Below are positions 17,018 to 34,983 of a stretch of DNA of 64,000 bases, one piece after another (the stretch's first letter is position 1; every line of letters starts with the position of its first letter). Under the pieces are notes generated by a model. The model was given only the letters and a program-made list of their open reading frames with translations, was not told the origin of the DNA and did not search any database. Origin of the DNA: Salpingoeca rosetta. Lineage: Eukaryota; Protista; Choanoflagellata. Location of the stretch: positions 1,561,063 to 1,625,062 of the forward strand of contig JAWQFM010000003.1 of the NCBI GenBank assembly GCA_033442325.1, in the 5' to 3' direction. The position numbers and the translations under genes are program-made.

Positions 17018-17915
17018 CCTGTGTGTGCAGACGGACGATGACTCCTTCGTGCGCGTGGATCGTATCCTCGAGGAGCTGCGCACCCTCGACTACTCTGACA
17101 CGTACGCGTTGCTCATTTGTGCTGTGTGGGTGGGCGGGTGCTCGCGTGCATCTGTCTCTATCCCTTGCACACGGTACACTGCACAACCACACACCTACAC
17201 ACTCAAACATGCTCACACTGCTGTGGCGAACGCTGCACTGTGATGGTGTTATGCCAACAGGAAAGGGTTGTACTGGGGGTACTTTGATGGCCGAGCACCT
17301 GTGCAGCGACACGGAAAGTGGGAAGAGCACGTACGTACGATCATCATGGCCATCACTTTCCAGCGACTGCTTATATCACGCGCGCCACTCGCTCCCACAT
17401 GCACACACGCGCGCCACACACACATACACTTCACGTGCCACGCACATGCCACTGTCACCACCACGGCCGTTGTTGCAGGACTGGTTCCTGTGCGATCGCT
17501 ACTTGCCGTATGCGCTTGGCGGCGGCTATGTCATCTCCTCCACCGTCGTCGACTTTATCGTCAACAACCATCACCTCCTCACCAAATACAAGAGCGAGGT
17601 GTGTGTGTGCGTCTGTGTGCGCGTCTGTATGTGCGTGTGTATGTGTGTGTGCCTCTGTGTGTGTGTCTGTGTGTGTCTGTGTGTCTGTGTGTCTGTGTGT
17701 CTGCGTGTCTGTGTGTCTGTGTGTCTGTGTGCCTGTGTCCATCTGTCTGCCTACAAATCCATCTGTCATTGCCTTTTGGTTGCTATCTATCTGCATGTCA
17801 CCACACTCACCATCCCATCCCACACCAGGACGTGTCCATGGGCGTGTGGACGTCGTCCCTCAACATTGTCAGGCAGCATGACCAGCGCTTTGACACAGAG
17901 TGGAAGGTGGGTTGA
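15757..17915 (+). CDS. B3GALT6: Beta-1,3-galactosyltransferase 6-like (GT31), type II membrane protein, multi-exon; 3' end uncertain
   Basis: N-terminal TM segment, then LFVAVFSA...RDTIRQTW, ESYTSLSDKL, FVTK|TDDDSFV (DxD), LYWGYFDGRA, DWFLCDRYLPYALGGGYVIS, SEDVSMGVW, HDQRFDTEW, all typical of B3GALT6. Read-through stop at 17915; a further short exon to about 18097 or 18193 is possible. Confidence 0.85.
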
Positions 17916-17936
17916 CAAAGGTGTTGCACCGCCTTT

Positions 17937-18054
<118 letters not shown>

Positions 18055-18196
18055 GATGGGACACAACCTTGAGCATGGGAACGCTGAAGTGAAATGATGA
18101 TGTGTGGGTGGGTGCACAAAAGCAGGAGGTTGCCATCTTGAAACACGAAGACAGAGCTCATGGGTTGGTGTGGACCCGCGACGTGCACAGATGAGG

Positions 18197-18819
18197 TTAC
18201 TCCACAACAATGGGACCAAGGTTGTCGCCAGTGCGCTTGTTGTGCTCGTGGTGGGAGCCATCGCACAGAGGGAACTGCAACCACGCATGCCAAACAAAGG
18301 CAGCAGAGTGAGTTCGAGCACCAGCCACACACAAAACGATGGTCGAAAGACAAGGAGAAGGGGATGACACACTGCACACGCACGCACAACCACGCACGCA
18401 CACACACAACCACAACCACAACCACACGCACACACGCACACATACGAACACAACCACAACAACACGCACACATACGAACATAACCACAACCACACACGCA
18501 TTTACACGAATACAAACACTTGTGCTCGGTACCCCACCTTCTTGCTTTGCCAGCAGCGGCAGAAAGCAGTCTTCTTCTGCAGTTTGCGCACTTCTTTTGC
18601 TTCATGGCCTGCTGTATTGAGTGCAGAGCTGGATGGTGCGCCAACAAAGAACTGGATACTGATCAAGAGAATCATGCTAAAGATGAGGGAGAACAAAGGA
18701 GCAATCTGCAGCCACTCCTCCTGCGTCAACTCCAAGTAGCCATCCAGCGTCGCAGGGATGGGCAGCGACGCAAGGTACTGCGGCAGTTGCTGCTTGATGT
18801 ACACTTGGAACACTTCCAT
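18197..18819 (-). CDS. CISD2: CDGSH iron-sulfur domain (NEET) protein, CISD2/Miner1-like, 119 aa, 2 exons (18819-18538, 18274-18197)
   Basis: [13 protein letters not shown]-terminal segment (CISD2-like), a TM helix, and CRCWQSKK|FPLCDGSH...GDNLGP giving the 3Cys-1His [2Fe-2S] motif across a phase-0 intron. Confidence 0.9.
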
Positions 18820-18972
18820 CGTCAAAGGTTGGTCCGGCAGTTGGTTCAGTTGGTGGATTGAGCGGCGCGGACAGAGGTGCAAGAAGAAGAAGGACACACA
18901 CGACGATGAAGAGAAGAAAAGAGCCAAACACGTCACACACGCACAATACGGAAAAGTAGTCGATGATATTCA

Positions 18973-20199
18973 CTAATTGTCGTCGGTCACTTTCCTGCAA
19001 GTGGTTTGTGGGGGTGTGGGTGTGAGCGAGCGAGCGTTGTGTCAAACCCATGTGCGCCATTGGCTGGCAGTCGCTGGTCCAATGACCAACCCACAGTCAC
19101 CCACACAGCCATTCCAACAGTCACCCACACAGCCATTCCAACAGGCAATCACAAAACTCACTGGACAAAGGCGGCTGCTCGCCTGCGCACTTCCTCCTGG
19201 CGCGCCTTGCGCCGCGCTTCCCGCTCCTCTTTGCTCAGCCGCGAACGAGGGGACGCCACGGCGCTGTCACCGGCACCAGGCGTCGCTGGCACAGAGGACA
19301 TGGGCGAAGAAGGTGGTGGCGACGAAGACGTAACACCAGCAGATAACGAGGCCTTGTCGCCACCTTCAACATGCTGGGGTACATCTGGTGCACTCGCCGA
19401 CGTCACAGTGCCGCCGTTCACATGGGCAGAGCTGTCATCATGCTGCTGCTCCTCATGTTCCTTTGCCTCCTGCTGCGTCTCCTTTTGCTTCTTCTCCTCT
19501 TGCTGCGGCTTCAGATCCTCCTTCTTCTCCTCCTCTTCCTCTTCTTCTGGCTGAGCCTGTGAGGCATCATCCTGGGGAAGCGGGGGCGGTGCTTGCGCTG
19601 GCAAAGGCGGCACAGGTACTGCAGAGTGGTCTTCCTCGTCTGCTTGCTCCTCCGCTGTCTCCTCCGCTGTCTCCTCCGCCTGTTGCTCAGCTGGGTCTTC
19701 AGCAGCGTCATCAGGCAACACGGGCGGTTCATCTGCGGGGAGCGGCGGCGGTGCGTGATCTGGAAGCGGTGGTGTTGGCTCCTCAGCAGGCGTCTCATCA
19801 GTTGCCTCCTCTAGCTGCTGCTCCTCTTCCTCCCGTGGCTGATGCTGCTGCTGCTGCTGCTCATCTTGTTCCTCCTCCTCCTCTCCCTCCTTGTGCTCCT
19901 GCTCATTGTCGTTGCTCTCCGGCAGTGCAGGTGGCGCCTCAGCTGGCAGCTCTGGCACCTCACTCTCTTCGCGATCGTCCTCAGCTTCGCTACCCTTCTC
20001 ATCTTCATCGGCAGCTTGAGGCAGTGGTGGCGGCGCCTCTGCAGGCAGAGGTGGTGCTGGCAACTCTTGCGCATCAGCCCCCTGGGTCGCTTGCTGTGTG
20101 CCATCAGCTTCGCCGTCGCTCTGCTCGTGGTCTCGTGCTTCGATGCCCACCTTGTCCTCACCCTGCGCCGCTGTTGCCTGTGCCTCCTTTTCTTCTTCC

Positions 20200-20231
<32 letters not shown>

Positions 20232-23200
20232 CTTCTCCTCCTCCTTCTCCACGCTCGGTGGCAGTGGTGGCGGTGCTTCGGCCGGTACAGGTGGCACAGG
20301 TGACGTCACGTCACTTGCAGGTGGTGCTTCCGCCGCTTGCGCTGCCACGTCATCAGCAGCAGACTGTGACTGCTGGGCAACTGTCTCCTCCTCTTCTTGC
20401 TGCTGGTGACCAACTGCCGCCTGCTCTTCCTCCTTCTCTTCCTCATTCTCTTCCTCATTCTCTTCCTCATTCTCTTCCTCATTCTCTTCCTCTTCCTCTT
20501 CTTCTGGCTGAGCCTGTGGGGCATCATCCTGGGGAAGCGGGGGCGGTGCTTGCGCTGGCAAAGGCGGCACAGGTACTGCAGAGTGGTCTTCCTCGTCTGT
20601 TCTCTCCTCCACTGTCTCCTCCGCCTGTTGCTCAGCTGGGTCTTCAGCAGCGTCATCAGGCAACACGGGCGGTTCATCTGCGGGGAGCGGCGGCGGTGCG
20701 TGATCTGGAAGCGGTGGTGTTGGCTCCTCAGCAGGCGTCTCATCAGTTGCCTCCTCTAGCTGCTGCTCCTCTTCCTCCCGTGGCTGATGCTGCTGCTGCT
20801 GCTGCTGCTCATCTTGTTCCTCCTCCTCCTCTCCCTCCTTGTGCTCCTGCTCATTGTCGTTGCTCTCCGGCAGTGCAGGCGGCGCCTCAGCTGGCAGCTC
20901 TGGCACGTCAGTCTCTTGTGCTTCTTCCGCGTCGGCTGGCTGCGAGTCACTTGTTTGCTCCTCCGCCACTTTCTCCTCTTCCTCCTCCTGTGGCAGCGGT
21001 GGTGGCGCCTCGGCAGGGACAGGCGGCGATGCAACAAGCTCCTCTTGCTGCCCTTGCTGCTCTTGCTTCTCCTCTTGCTCTTGCTGCTGCTCTTGCTCTT
21101 GCTGCTGCTGCTGCTGCTGCGCCTTTTCTTCCTGTGCCTCTTCCTCCTCTTCCTTCTCTTCCTCCTCTTCCTCCTCCTGTGGCAGTGGTGGCGGTGCCTC
21201 GGCAGGGATGGCCGGCGGTGCGGGGAGTTCCAAATCGCGCTCCTCTTCCTCATTTTGAACCTCCACAGTCTCTTCCTCGCGCATATGCGGCTGATCAGCA
21301 GTCTGCTCAGCACTGCCCACGGGCTCGTCTTCCTTGTCCTGCTCACTCTCGTCGTTGACTGGAGGCAGAGGTGGCGGCGCGTCCGATGGCAGCGTCAAGT
21401 CCAGCTGCCCTGTGCTGTCATCAGGTTGGCCCTGCTCAACATCTTGGCTGTCGCTCTCTGGCAGTGGCGGCGGTGCATCCGTGGGCAGGGACACGTCCCC
21501 GGCCTTGAGCGCCTCACTCACACCCCCACCCTCACCCTCACCGCTTGCCTCTGACGCGGCAACAGCAATTGCCGTCCGCGCAGCAGCGTCCTCCTCTCTC
21601 TTGCTTTCTGCTTCTCCCGTGCTCACGTCCTCTTCACTCTTGGGCGCGTCCTCTTTCGCTGCTGCTTCGTTCCCGTCTCCTTCGTCGGCATTGCCATCCT
21701 CAGCAAAGCCATACGCGGAAGCATCTTGCTCTGCCTCTTCCTCGTCTTCCTTTTCCTTGCTTTCCCCTTCTTCAACCGCTGCTGGCGATGATGATGTTGG
21801 TGGTGCTAAGGCTGCTTCTTGCGGGCCATCAGTCTTCTGATCCTTTGCTTTTGCTTCTGATGCCTGCTCTGGCTCTTCGCTGATTGCCTCTGCGTTATTG
21901 TCGTCGTCCTGGGAAAACACGTCCGTTGAACCCGAGAGCACAGCGCCACTGAGGGAGGCGGCATCCACGCCGCTGCGGCCACGTTTCGTGCGCAGCTGCA
22001 CCTCCTGATCAGAGATGGGGGACAGGGGGGAAGCGATGTAAGGGAGTGGGTGCAAAAGAAAGAATGAGAGAAAGACAAAGGGGGAGAAGGGCGGAGATAC
22101 ACACGAACACACACGCACACGCGTGTACACAGGTACGCACATAGATACACACATGCACATGCACGCACATAGATACACACGTACACACAGGTACGCACAT
22201 ACATACACACATGCACACATGCACATATGCACCTGAGCAGGGCTAGTTGCATTGCTTGCGGCTGTGGCTGCGGTGGCTGTTGAGCCGAGAGAGGAGCCCG
22301 ACATACTGCGGGCCTTCTCCCGACGAACGGCCTCACGCTGCGCTTCAAGCAGTGATTCGCGCGACACCAGCGAGTCCTGACTCCGGCAGAGACGTGGTCG
22401 CCATGGAGGAGGGAAAAGGTGGTGGCGTGTGAGCATGTGCACAACCACCCATGCAGACAGGCAAATGCAGACAGGCAACCCCCGCACATCCCAAGCAAGC
22501 AACACAGTTGTAAGACAACACCGCACAACCCAAGCCACCATACAACCCATAACCACGCACCACACTACCCAAGCCACCACTGGCGCTCTCTGTTCACCTC
22601 GTGCTGGCTCCATCTTCGCTCAAACTCGGCCTCGTCGCGCCTGAGCTGCTCCTCCTTGCCCTTCCTTGCGCGCGGGCGGGAGGCCGACGGCGCATACGAC
22701 CACGTCTCATGCCGCGTGCGCGACCGCACACGCCGCTGTACCGTAAACTCAAGCTCCTCTTGCTGGGCAAGGTCCTGTTGCGTTGGCGAGTGGTCATTTG
22801 TGATGTGAGCGACAAGTGTGGCGCGGCGCAGGCGAAAGCGGAGAAATGACTCACACCAAATATCAACACAGTGTGCAGTGAAGGGGAGGGGTGGCAGAAA
22901 CGGCAGCGGGCGAGCGCACCCACACATTCACCAAGTTCAAGCATGAACGCCAACACATGCACACAAGCACAAGCACACAAGCATGAACACACGCACGCAC
23001 GCACGCACGCAAGCAAGCATGTGCACGCACAGAGCACAGCAGGCGCCCGCTGGTGTACCTTGAGTGCTGCCACGGCGTCGGCGTGTGTTGAATTGGCAAA
23101 GGAGACGCCGTTTATGGACTGGATTACGTCTTTCACGAGCAGCCCTGCACGCTGCGCTGCGCTGTTGGGCGCAAGCTGCGGGATGATGGCACGAGAGCAA

Positions 23201-26200
23201 GGGCGAGTGAATGAGAACAAGGGACGTCAGCGACCTCAACGGCAAATGCACGGTCAACAAGGAAACCCAACATCCCCACAGACACACAAAGACGTCCCCA
23301 CAATCGCAGGCGCAAGCGCGCACAACACAACACAACACAACACAACACAACAAAACTCACTCGGCGGATGGTGATTGGCTTTGAGTTTCCGCTGGGGTCC
23401 ATGCCACCAGCAACACCAAACCCAAGTGGAGCACCCCTGTCTTTGGTGAGCAGAACTTGCATCTCCTGTACGGGCTTCTGCCGTGGTTGCACAGGCTGCA
23501 TGCTGAAGTCTACCGTCTTGGGGCGGCCACCCTCAGACACGGCACGCGCTGAGCGCAGGTTTCGCATGCGCACCTCGACCTTTGGCGACGGCGACGTGGC
23601 GGGTGCACCATTGACGGCCGACTCTTTCTCAGCGCCGACACCATCACTCTCCTTGCCCTGTTGTTGCTCCTGCTCCTGCTGTTGCTCTTCAGCTGGCGGC
23701 ACGTTGAGTTTGAGCTCGCTAGCGCGGCGCGACTGCTGCTGGTTCTCGAGATACTCGCGCATGGCGTCATCGTGGCGGACAACAAACGTGACTTCGTCGT
23801 CCAGCGTGTCAAGCAGCTTCAGCGCTTCCTGCTTGCTGCGCCCGTCCAACGACGCTGAAATGCAGGTAGTGTGGGGACGGCACAGGGCAAGTGGGCAGGC
23901 ATGCAAGCGGGCACATAAGCAAGCAGTTGGATGGAAAAAACGAACGTGTCACGAGAACATCTGGACATTGGGAGGAGGCGTTTGGCAAACCGGGGTGCTG
24001 ACACACCGCAGTGAACAATCAATCACTCGACCATGCCCACCCCTCAACCATCAATAACAAACACCACCACCACCACCACCACGGCTGCACCTCCGTTGAC
24101 GGAGAGGATGAGGTCGCCGCACTTGAGCTGTCCGTTTCGGCCAGCAATGGAGTTGCCGAGCACCTGCCCAATGAAGATGGAGAAGTGGCCCGTCACGGAG
24201 TCCTACAAAATGTCGCAGGCAGCAGGCGGCAGGGGAGGTGGTGGTTGTGTTGGTGGTGGTCAAGGGAGCGTGTGTGTAAAGGGATCAAAGCGCGGAACGT
24301 TGGTACACAGGTGAGGGCTTGTAAAAGCGAGATTGTGGAGAAAAGAGAGCAAACGTGGAGAGAACACACACACACACACACCACATCACACCACACACAC
24401 ACGCACACACACACACACGCACACACACACGCACACACACGCACACACACACGCACACACACACGCACACACACGCACACACACGCACACACACGCACAC
24501 ACACGCACACACACACGCACACACACGCACACACACGCACACACACACGCACACACACGCACACATACACACACCTTGCCGCCAGTGAGGCCGATGCCAA
24601 GACGCTGGCCTGGCTCCTTGCGAAGAACGACGGTGCGGGTGGCTGGGTCCTCAGCCTTGGTCACATACCCTGCCGGAAACCAGCCCGAGGCAAGCACAGT
24701 CTTGCCGTCATTGCCCAGGAGATCACCGAGCCACCACCCGCTCTGCTTGCGCGCGCGGACAAATACAAACCCGCGGCGCGGAAGCGAGAGCTGCTTCTCT
24801 CTGCGCGCCTCAAACGGATGCTTGATCACGTACAGGTCGTGCGAGTCAGACACAGACGCGCTGCGCTTGGGTTTGCCCGTGGGAGACGAGGGCGAGGACG
24901 CCACGCTGCCACCTTCCTTCTCTGGCTGCTGCGCTGCGCCCTTCGTCTCGGCTTTGCCCTTTCGGTGTGGGGGCGACTGCGTGTTCTGTGCAGAGGCAAG
25001 CGTCTCCTTCAGCACCTCGTCTGCGGGCTTGAGGTAGCTGCCGGGCAGCCAGCCGCTCGTGCCGTCTTGCAGCGTGGCCTGCCACCACCCGCTCTTGAGC
25101 TTGCTGGTCACCACAACAACGTCGCCTTTGTTCACCGACAGCTGCATGGGCTGTGTTGCCCTGAACGTGTGCTTGGCAATGTATTCCTCCGGCTCGGCCA
25201 CAACCTCCCGCTCCACGGTGACGGGCGAGCTTGTGCCGCGCTTCACAACAACAGAGTCCGTCTTGCGGATTGCCGCCCTGGCGGTGGCCGGAGAGCCGAT
25301 GGGCGTGAAGTTGGGCGTGGGCATATCGAGGAAGGACGCCTTTTCGCCACGCGAGCCAGGCGTCGGGGTGATGGACGGCGACATGCCAGACTGTGGCGTT
25401 GTTCGCTTGGGTGTTGACCCGGCACCAACGCTCGGCACGTACTGGCCGCTGCTTGCTGGGGACAGCGTCTGCGCTCGCCGTGACCTGTCGCCCACCGGGT
25501 TGATGCGGGCGTCATCGCGTGCAACGGCAGCTGTAGCGGCAGAGGACACGGTGGCCCGCTGTGCTGGCACAACGGCGTGGTCCTCGGCCGGGTCCATGAA
25601 CGCCTGTCGTGGCTGCTGTGTGGCAGGAGCAGAGTAGTCAGGGGGGGGGGGCAAAGAGAGAAGAGCAGAAAGCAAATGGAGGGAAAGAGAAGCAAGCATA
25701 AGCAACACGTGGAACGGACCACAGCATCACAAGAATTTGGCAGCGTGAGTATGCGACAACGCATTGAGGAACACAGTCCAGGCTACGATTGAGGTCGTGG
25801 TTGCAGTGGACAAGTGTGACACTGGACAGCCAGTGAAACGGAGAGAAGGGAGCAGAGGGTACAGGAAACACAGCAAAGACATGCTGCCAGGTGTGTACAC
25901 TTGTGGATAGCTGCACGCAAAATGTACAAACAACAGTAACAAGGTGCACTTGTGCTGATGTGATGACGCTGTGACATGAAGTGGCAGGACTGAAACGCAC
26001 ACCAGCGAACAGCAGCAGCACTACGACGGTGTACAGGGAAGCAAGAAGCAATCAGGAAGCAGGCATCGATACCGGGTGAGGGCGTGCGTGTGGTGTTCCA
26101 GATGTTGAAGAAGGAGGCGCCGTGATGTCCTTGATGCTTTGTCGGATTGCACGCCGCATGGTGTGTGAGCCATGGCGCTGGAATGCCTCCTTGATGAAGT

Positions 26201-26264
26201 AGCAGTCTTGGCACAGCGTTTTCGTGACGCCACGCGATTTCGCGCGGCACAGCGCGCACCTCAT
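18973..26264 (-). CDS. Multidomain scaffold: N-terminal CxxC-x10-CxxC, 2 SH3, 2 PDZ, then a roughly 950-aa acidic/proline-rich tail
   Basis: In-phase exons: 26264-26073; about 25616-24575 (SH3 YIAKHTF...GWWQA...[10 protein letters not shown]3-like YVIKHPF...GWWLG...[11 protein letters not shown] start RLGIGLTGG); 24203-24091; about 23854-23361 (PLGFGVAGG); about 23175-23059; about 22774-22598; about 22376-22233; 22005-about 19162. Stop is either 19158 (read-through) or 18973 via CA|gtgagt..cag|G KVTDDN*. Confidence 0.8.
19541..20907. repeat. About 410-bp near-identical direct repeat inside the scaffold CDS (copies about 19541-19958 and 20499-20907)
   Basis: Both copies encode [25 protein letters not shown]...[16 protein letters not shown]; they differ by a few substitutions, one Gln codon and a 12-nt indel. 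Confidence 0.92.
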
Positions 26265-26677
26265 CCTGCCGGTTGTCCAGAAAGGAAGGCAGGGGGGCAG
26301 GGAAAGCGGTGCTTGGCTTGGTTTGGCCAATGATAACCAACCACAGGCAACACTGGAATGGACGATAGAGGAAAGAGTGGGGGGTGCGACAACAAGGTGG
26401 TGTTGTTGGGATCTCTGCACAGCACAACAGCACAACAAGGGCAGAGGAGGTGTGGTTGTGGAGGATTGTATGAAAATATTAACCAATTATCTACACACAC
26501 CACCAACGACGAAGACGACGGCAACGCGAACCACGGAAGCAGAAGCAAACAGAAGCAAAGCAGAAGACGCGGAGCAGAAGGAAAGGAAGACGAAGGAGGA
26601 AGGAAGCCAAGAGTGGTTCAATTCAACAACGCCAAGAGTTGTGATTCGATTCAACAACGCCAACGCAACGACCAACA

Positions 26678-27957
26678 ATGAGGTCGATGCGCTTGTGCTT
26701 GTGGATGCCTAATACATGCACACAGCCACGCAGCGCACCCGTGCGCGTACATACAAAGGCGTAGTAACACGCAGTGTGAATCGCCCGCAAGCATGTGTTT
26801 CTCCGGTTCTGTTTCCTCAAATGTGCTCACGCCTGCGCCTGCGCTCGCACTCTTGCTCTCTCTTGCCTATTTGTCGTGGTTATCACAGTAAGCCTGGTGT
26901 CAAGTGGGATGAGGACAACATCCGCGAGACGTACCACCCAGCAGACAAGGACTATGGCCACATGAAGATTGACGAACCAAACACACCTTACGAGCCTCCC
27001 CTTGAAATGGATCACGAAGAAGATGACGACGATGACGTGCCCAGCCTGAACCTTGGTGCGTGATCAGAGGACATCCAAGCGAATTCAACTCAACACGCAC
27101 CAACTCGAACATGTACACAGCTTCACACTGCACACGCACTCACTCACTCATCACTCACACTACACACTCACTCACTCACTCACACTACACACACACACAC
27201 ACTCGCACTCACACACACACACACTCACTCACTCACTCACTCACTCACACTACACACGCACACACACTCACTCACTCACTCGCTCACTCACTTACTCACT
27301 CACTCACTCACTCACTCACTCACTCACACGCTCACTCACTCACTCACGCACTCACTCACTCACTTACTCACTCACTCGCCTTGTGCGCAACATGGTAGAG
27401 GGCGAGTCGCCAATCGTCTCCAACATTCCCGTCATCTCCGCCGAGGCACCCGAAGAGGAATTCGCAGTCGAAGAGACGACAGAGAGTACGTACGAGATCA
27501 CGCCCGCTTTTGTTGCACAAAGTGCTCGGCCCAGCACAGACCACACAACTCATACACAACCCCCCCCCCCCTAACCCTCACCCAAATCAATCGTTCGCCT
27601 GTTGCATGCGTTGACGCACGAACCTGATTCTTCCCCCCCCCCTCCCTTGACACACAAACCTGTTTCTCCTCCCCCTCACCGGCAAACTGGCTGCGCAACG
27701 CGCTGCTCTCCTCCTGTGTTGCTTGCGTGCTGCTGGCACCGGCAGAGAAACACGTCAACTTCATGAAGAAGCGGAAGGAGCACTACAATATGCGCGAGGC
27801 CATGTTGCGGGCGCGCCAGCTCATGGCAGAAGAGGGTGACGACGAAGAAGACGAAGAGGAAGACGAGGAGAAGAACGACGCAGATGAGCATGCGAAGACC
27901 AACGCTCAGCAGCAGCAACAACAGCAACAGCAAGCAACCCAGTCCGGCAGCCAGTAA
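26678..27957 (+). CDS. PPP1R2: Protein phosphatase 1 inhibitor-2 (IPP-2), about 156 aa, exons 26678-26682, 26889-27055, 27399-27485, 27746-27957
   Basis: [31 protein letters not shown] (includes the phospho-Thr of the PxTP motif) and [10 protein letters not shown] match IPP-2 signatures; spliced length 471 nt is in frame. The 5-nt first coding exon is inferred. Confidence 0.9.
27138..27376. repeat. (CACT)n/(CA)n compound microsatellite in IPP-2 intron 2
   Basis: Repeated cactcact units fill most of the intron. Confidence 0.9.
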
Positions 27958-28735
27958 AAGCAACAAAGGCTGCTCGCTGGCTTGCTCGATTGCTTGCTTG
28001 CTTGGCTGCTTGCTCGCTCGGCGGTTTCTTGGCTGCTTGCTTAGTCGCCCACATTGGTCACACTGCATGATGATGATCGTCTCACGCGCTTCCTGTCTGG
28101 GCTGGTTCACTTCTGTCCTGTGTTAACTATCCCACAATGATGCCCTCCGCTCCCTGCGAAGACACGTCTCAACTCCCGCTAAATGCTGCCAGGGCCGGGG
28201 GCGTTTATTGAAACCAAACACAACAACGTCCGCCAACGCATATAACGTATAAACGCACATCGATCAGCTCGCATATCGGTCCATCAGAAACCGCAAATCA
28301 TCCACTCCACAACACAACACACAAAAGAGGAAACAAGACACAACCCAGCATGGAGCGGTGAAACCCCAACGCACGCTGGGCACAACCTGAGGCACATACA
28401 AAAGCACGTCACGCTTGCTTGGTCGCATCGTACATTCCCTCTCTTTCACGCACTCGCTTTCACATTCTCACACGCACGCGTACACACGCACACGCACGGG
28501 CGCACACGTACACACGCACACGCACGCGCACACACACATTCAACCCCTGAGAGAAGCAGAACCAAACAACAAGAATACATATCGTTCAAACTTACAGCAT
28601 ATATATACTCAGTGTGCAGTGCAGCGAGCATTCACACAAACGGTCAGCACTGCTGGCATCACTGTGCCCAAACGAGAAAGGGCACTCCTGTTCATCAGGC
28701 TACGGAACAATCCACCCCTCCAATCCACTAAACCA

Positions 28736-33384
<4,649 letters not shown>

Positions 33385-33681
33385 GATGCTGGAGGGCTTC
33401 ACATCAATCAAGAAGCAGGAAACGAGAGTGACAAGAAAAGGAGAGGGGGGCGGGTGTGTAAATCCAAACACAACAACAGCAGCACAAGGAAAAAACTGCA
33501 CACACACACACACACACACACGCGCGCGCGCATTTACAATTTGCAGGGGTGCAATTGGCAAATCGACGAAATTCGCCAACAACAACAACCGCGACTCACT
33601 CCTTCCACACTGCTCTTTCACTTTCCTCTCTGCTTATCTTCTCTCACATCACACACACACACAACACCACTCTGCCTCAAG

Positions 33682-33855
33682 ATGGAGGAACATTATGCAA
33701 CGGTGCTTGCGCCCTTTTACACGTGGAGCTTGATTGGAGACGACTTTGGTGCTGCGGTGGACACAGAGGTGCAGCGGTTCAAAGACCTGTGCCCAGCCAT
33801 CCCGGACCTGGCCGGTGCGCGTTCAGTGTGTACCTGTGTGCTGTGTGTGTGTGTG

Positions 33856-33900
<45 letters not shown>

Positions 33901-34821
33901 GCGTGTGTGTGTGTGTGTGCAGTGTGTGTGTGTACAGTGTGTGTGTTTCTCTGCGTGCGTGTCTCTCTCTCTTTGCGTGCGTGCAGTGTGTGTATATGTA
34001 TGTCTCTCGCTGTTGTGCATGTGGGTGAACTACAGCGTGTCTGCTCCATTGACCTCCCGCACGTCTGCATCTCCATCTGCCTGCCAATCCAAGCTGTAAA
34101 TGTGCGTTAACGTCTTACACCTTGCACCTCACACCCCCACATCTTGATCACCGTACAACACACACACACACTTCTCCATCTCACTGCCCCAGGCGCCGAT
34201 GCGCTGGATCTCGGCTGCGGTAGTGGGCTGCATTCATTGGCGCTGGCCAAGCTTGGCATGCGCGTGCGTGGCGTCGACCTGTGCCAGCAGCTCCTCGACG
34301 AGATGGCGCAGCACGCCTCAGACTTGGGGCTGTCCGTGACTGCTGCTCGCGGCGACATCATGAACCCAGCCATCTGGACGGAGGGATCCGACGGCGCGAC
34401 ACAGCCCGCCGTCATCACGTGCATGGGTGATACGCTCTCCCACCTCGGCTCCATCCAAGAAGTGGAGGCCTTCCTGGCCTCTGCTTATCCACAGCTGCGC
34501 CAGGACGGCATGCTCCTCCTCTCCTACCGTGACCAAGAGGTGGAGCTGGTCGGTCCTGCGCGCGTCATCCCCGTGCGCAGCAGCCCAACCCGCATCCACA
34601 CGTGCTTCCTGGAGTTTGAGCCAGAGCACATCCACGTCAACGACATCTTCCACCAGTTTGATGCCGATTCGCAGGCGTGGACGCAGCACGTTGGTGGCTT
34701 CACCAAGCTGCGCATCACCACCAGCCTCGTCATCACGGCACTAGAGGCCGCGGGATTCGAGATCCAAGCACAAAACACGTACGGTGGCATGTCGTACGTC
34801 TGCGCCACCCCACTACACTAG
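33682..34821 (+). CDS. Class I SAM-dependent methyltransferase, bacterial-type, 253 aa, 2 exons (33682-33814, 34193-34821)
   Basis: Motif I ALDLGCGSG, post-I VRGVD, motif II VITCMGDTLSHL, motif III LRQDGMLLLSY; phase-1 intron G|gt..ag|GC; total 762 nt. Confidence 0.88.
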
Positions 34822-34894
34822 CGCATGTCTGCCTTTCTTCCCCTTGTTTTGCTTGCCTTCTCTGCTGCGTTTGCCCCCCGCCCTTGGTGTTTAC

Positions 34895-34895
<1 letters not shown>

Positions 34896-34981
<86 letters not shown>
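34896..34981. repeat. (GT)n microsatellite in the methyltransferase 3' region
   Basis: Pure GT run 75 nt after the stop codon. Confidence 0.95.

Positions 34982-34983
<2 letters not shown>

Noticed and set aside
19094-19143. 24-bp direct repeat (also a ~36-bp duplication at about 12000-12075)
   Set aside because: Local slippage duplications in non-coding sequence with no sign of a mobile element.
19388-21358. 656-aa plus-strand ORF opposite the acidic tail exon, and similar antisense ORFs at 28415-29738
   Set aside because: Antisense shadows of low-complexity coding sequence.
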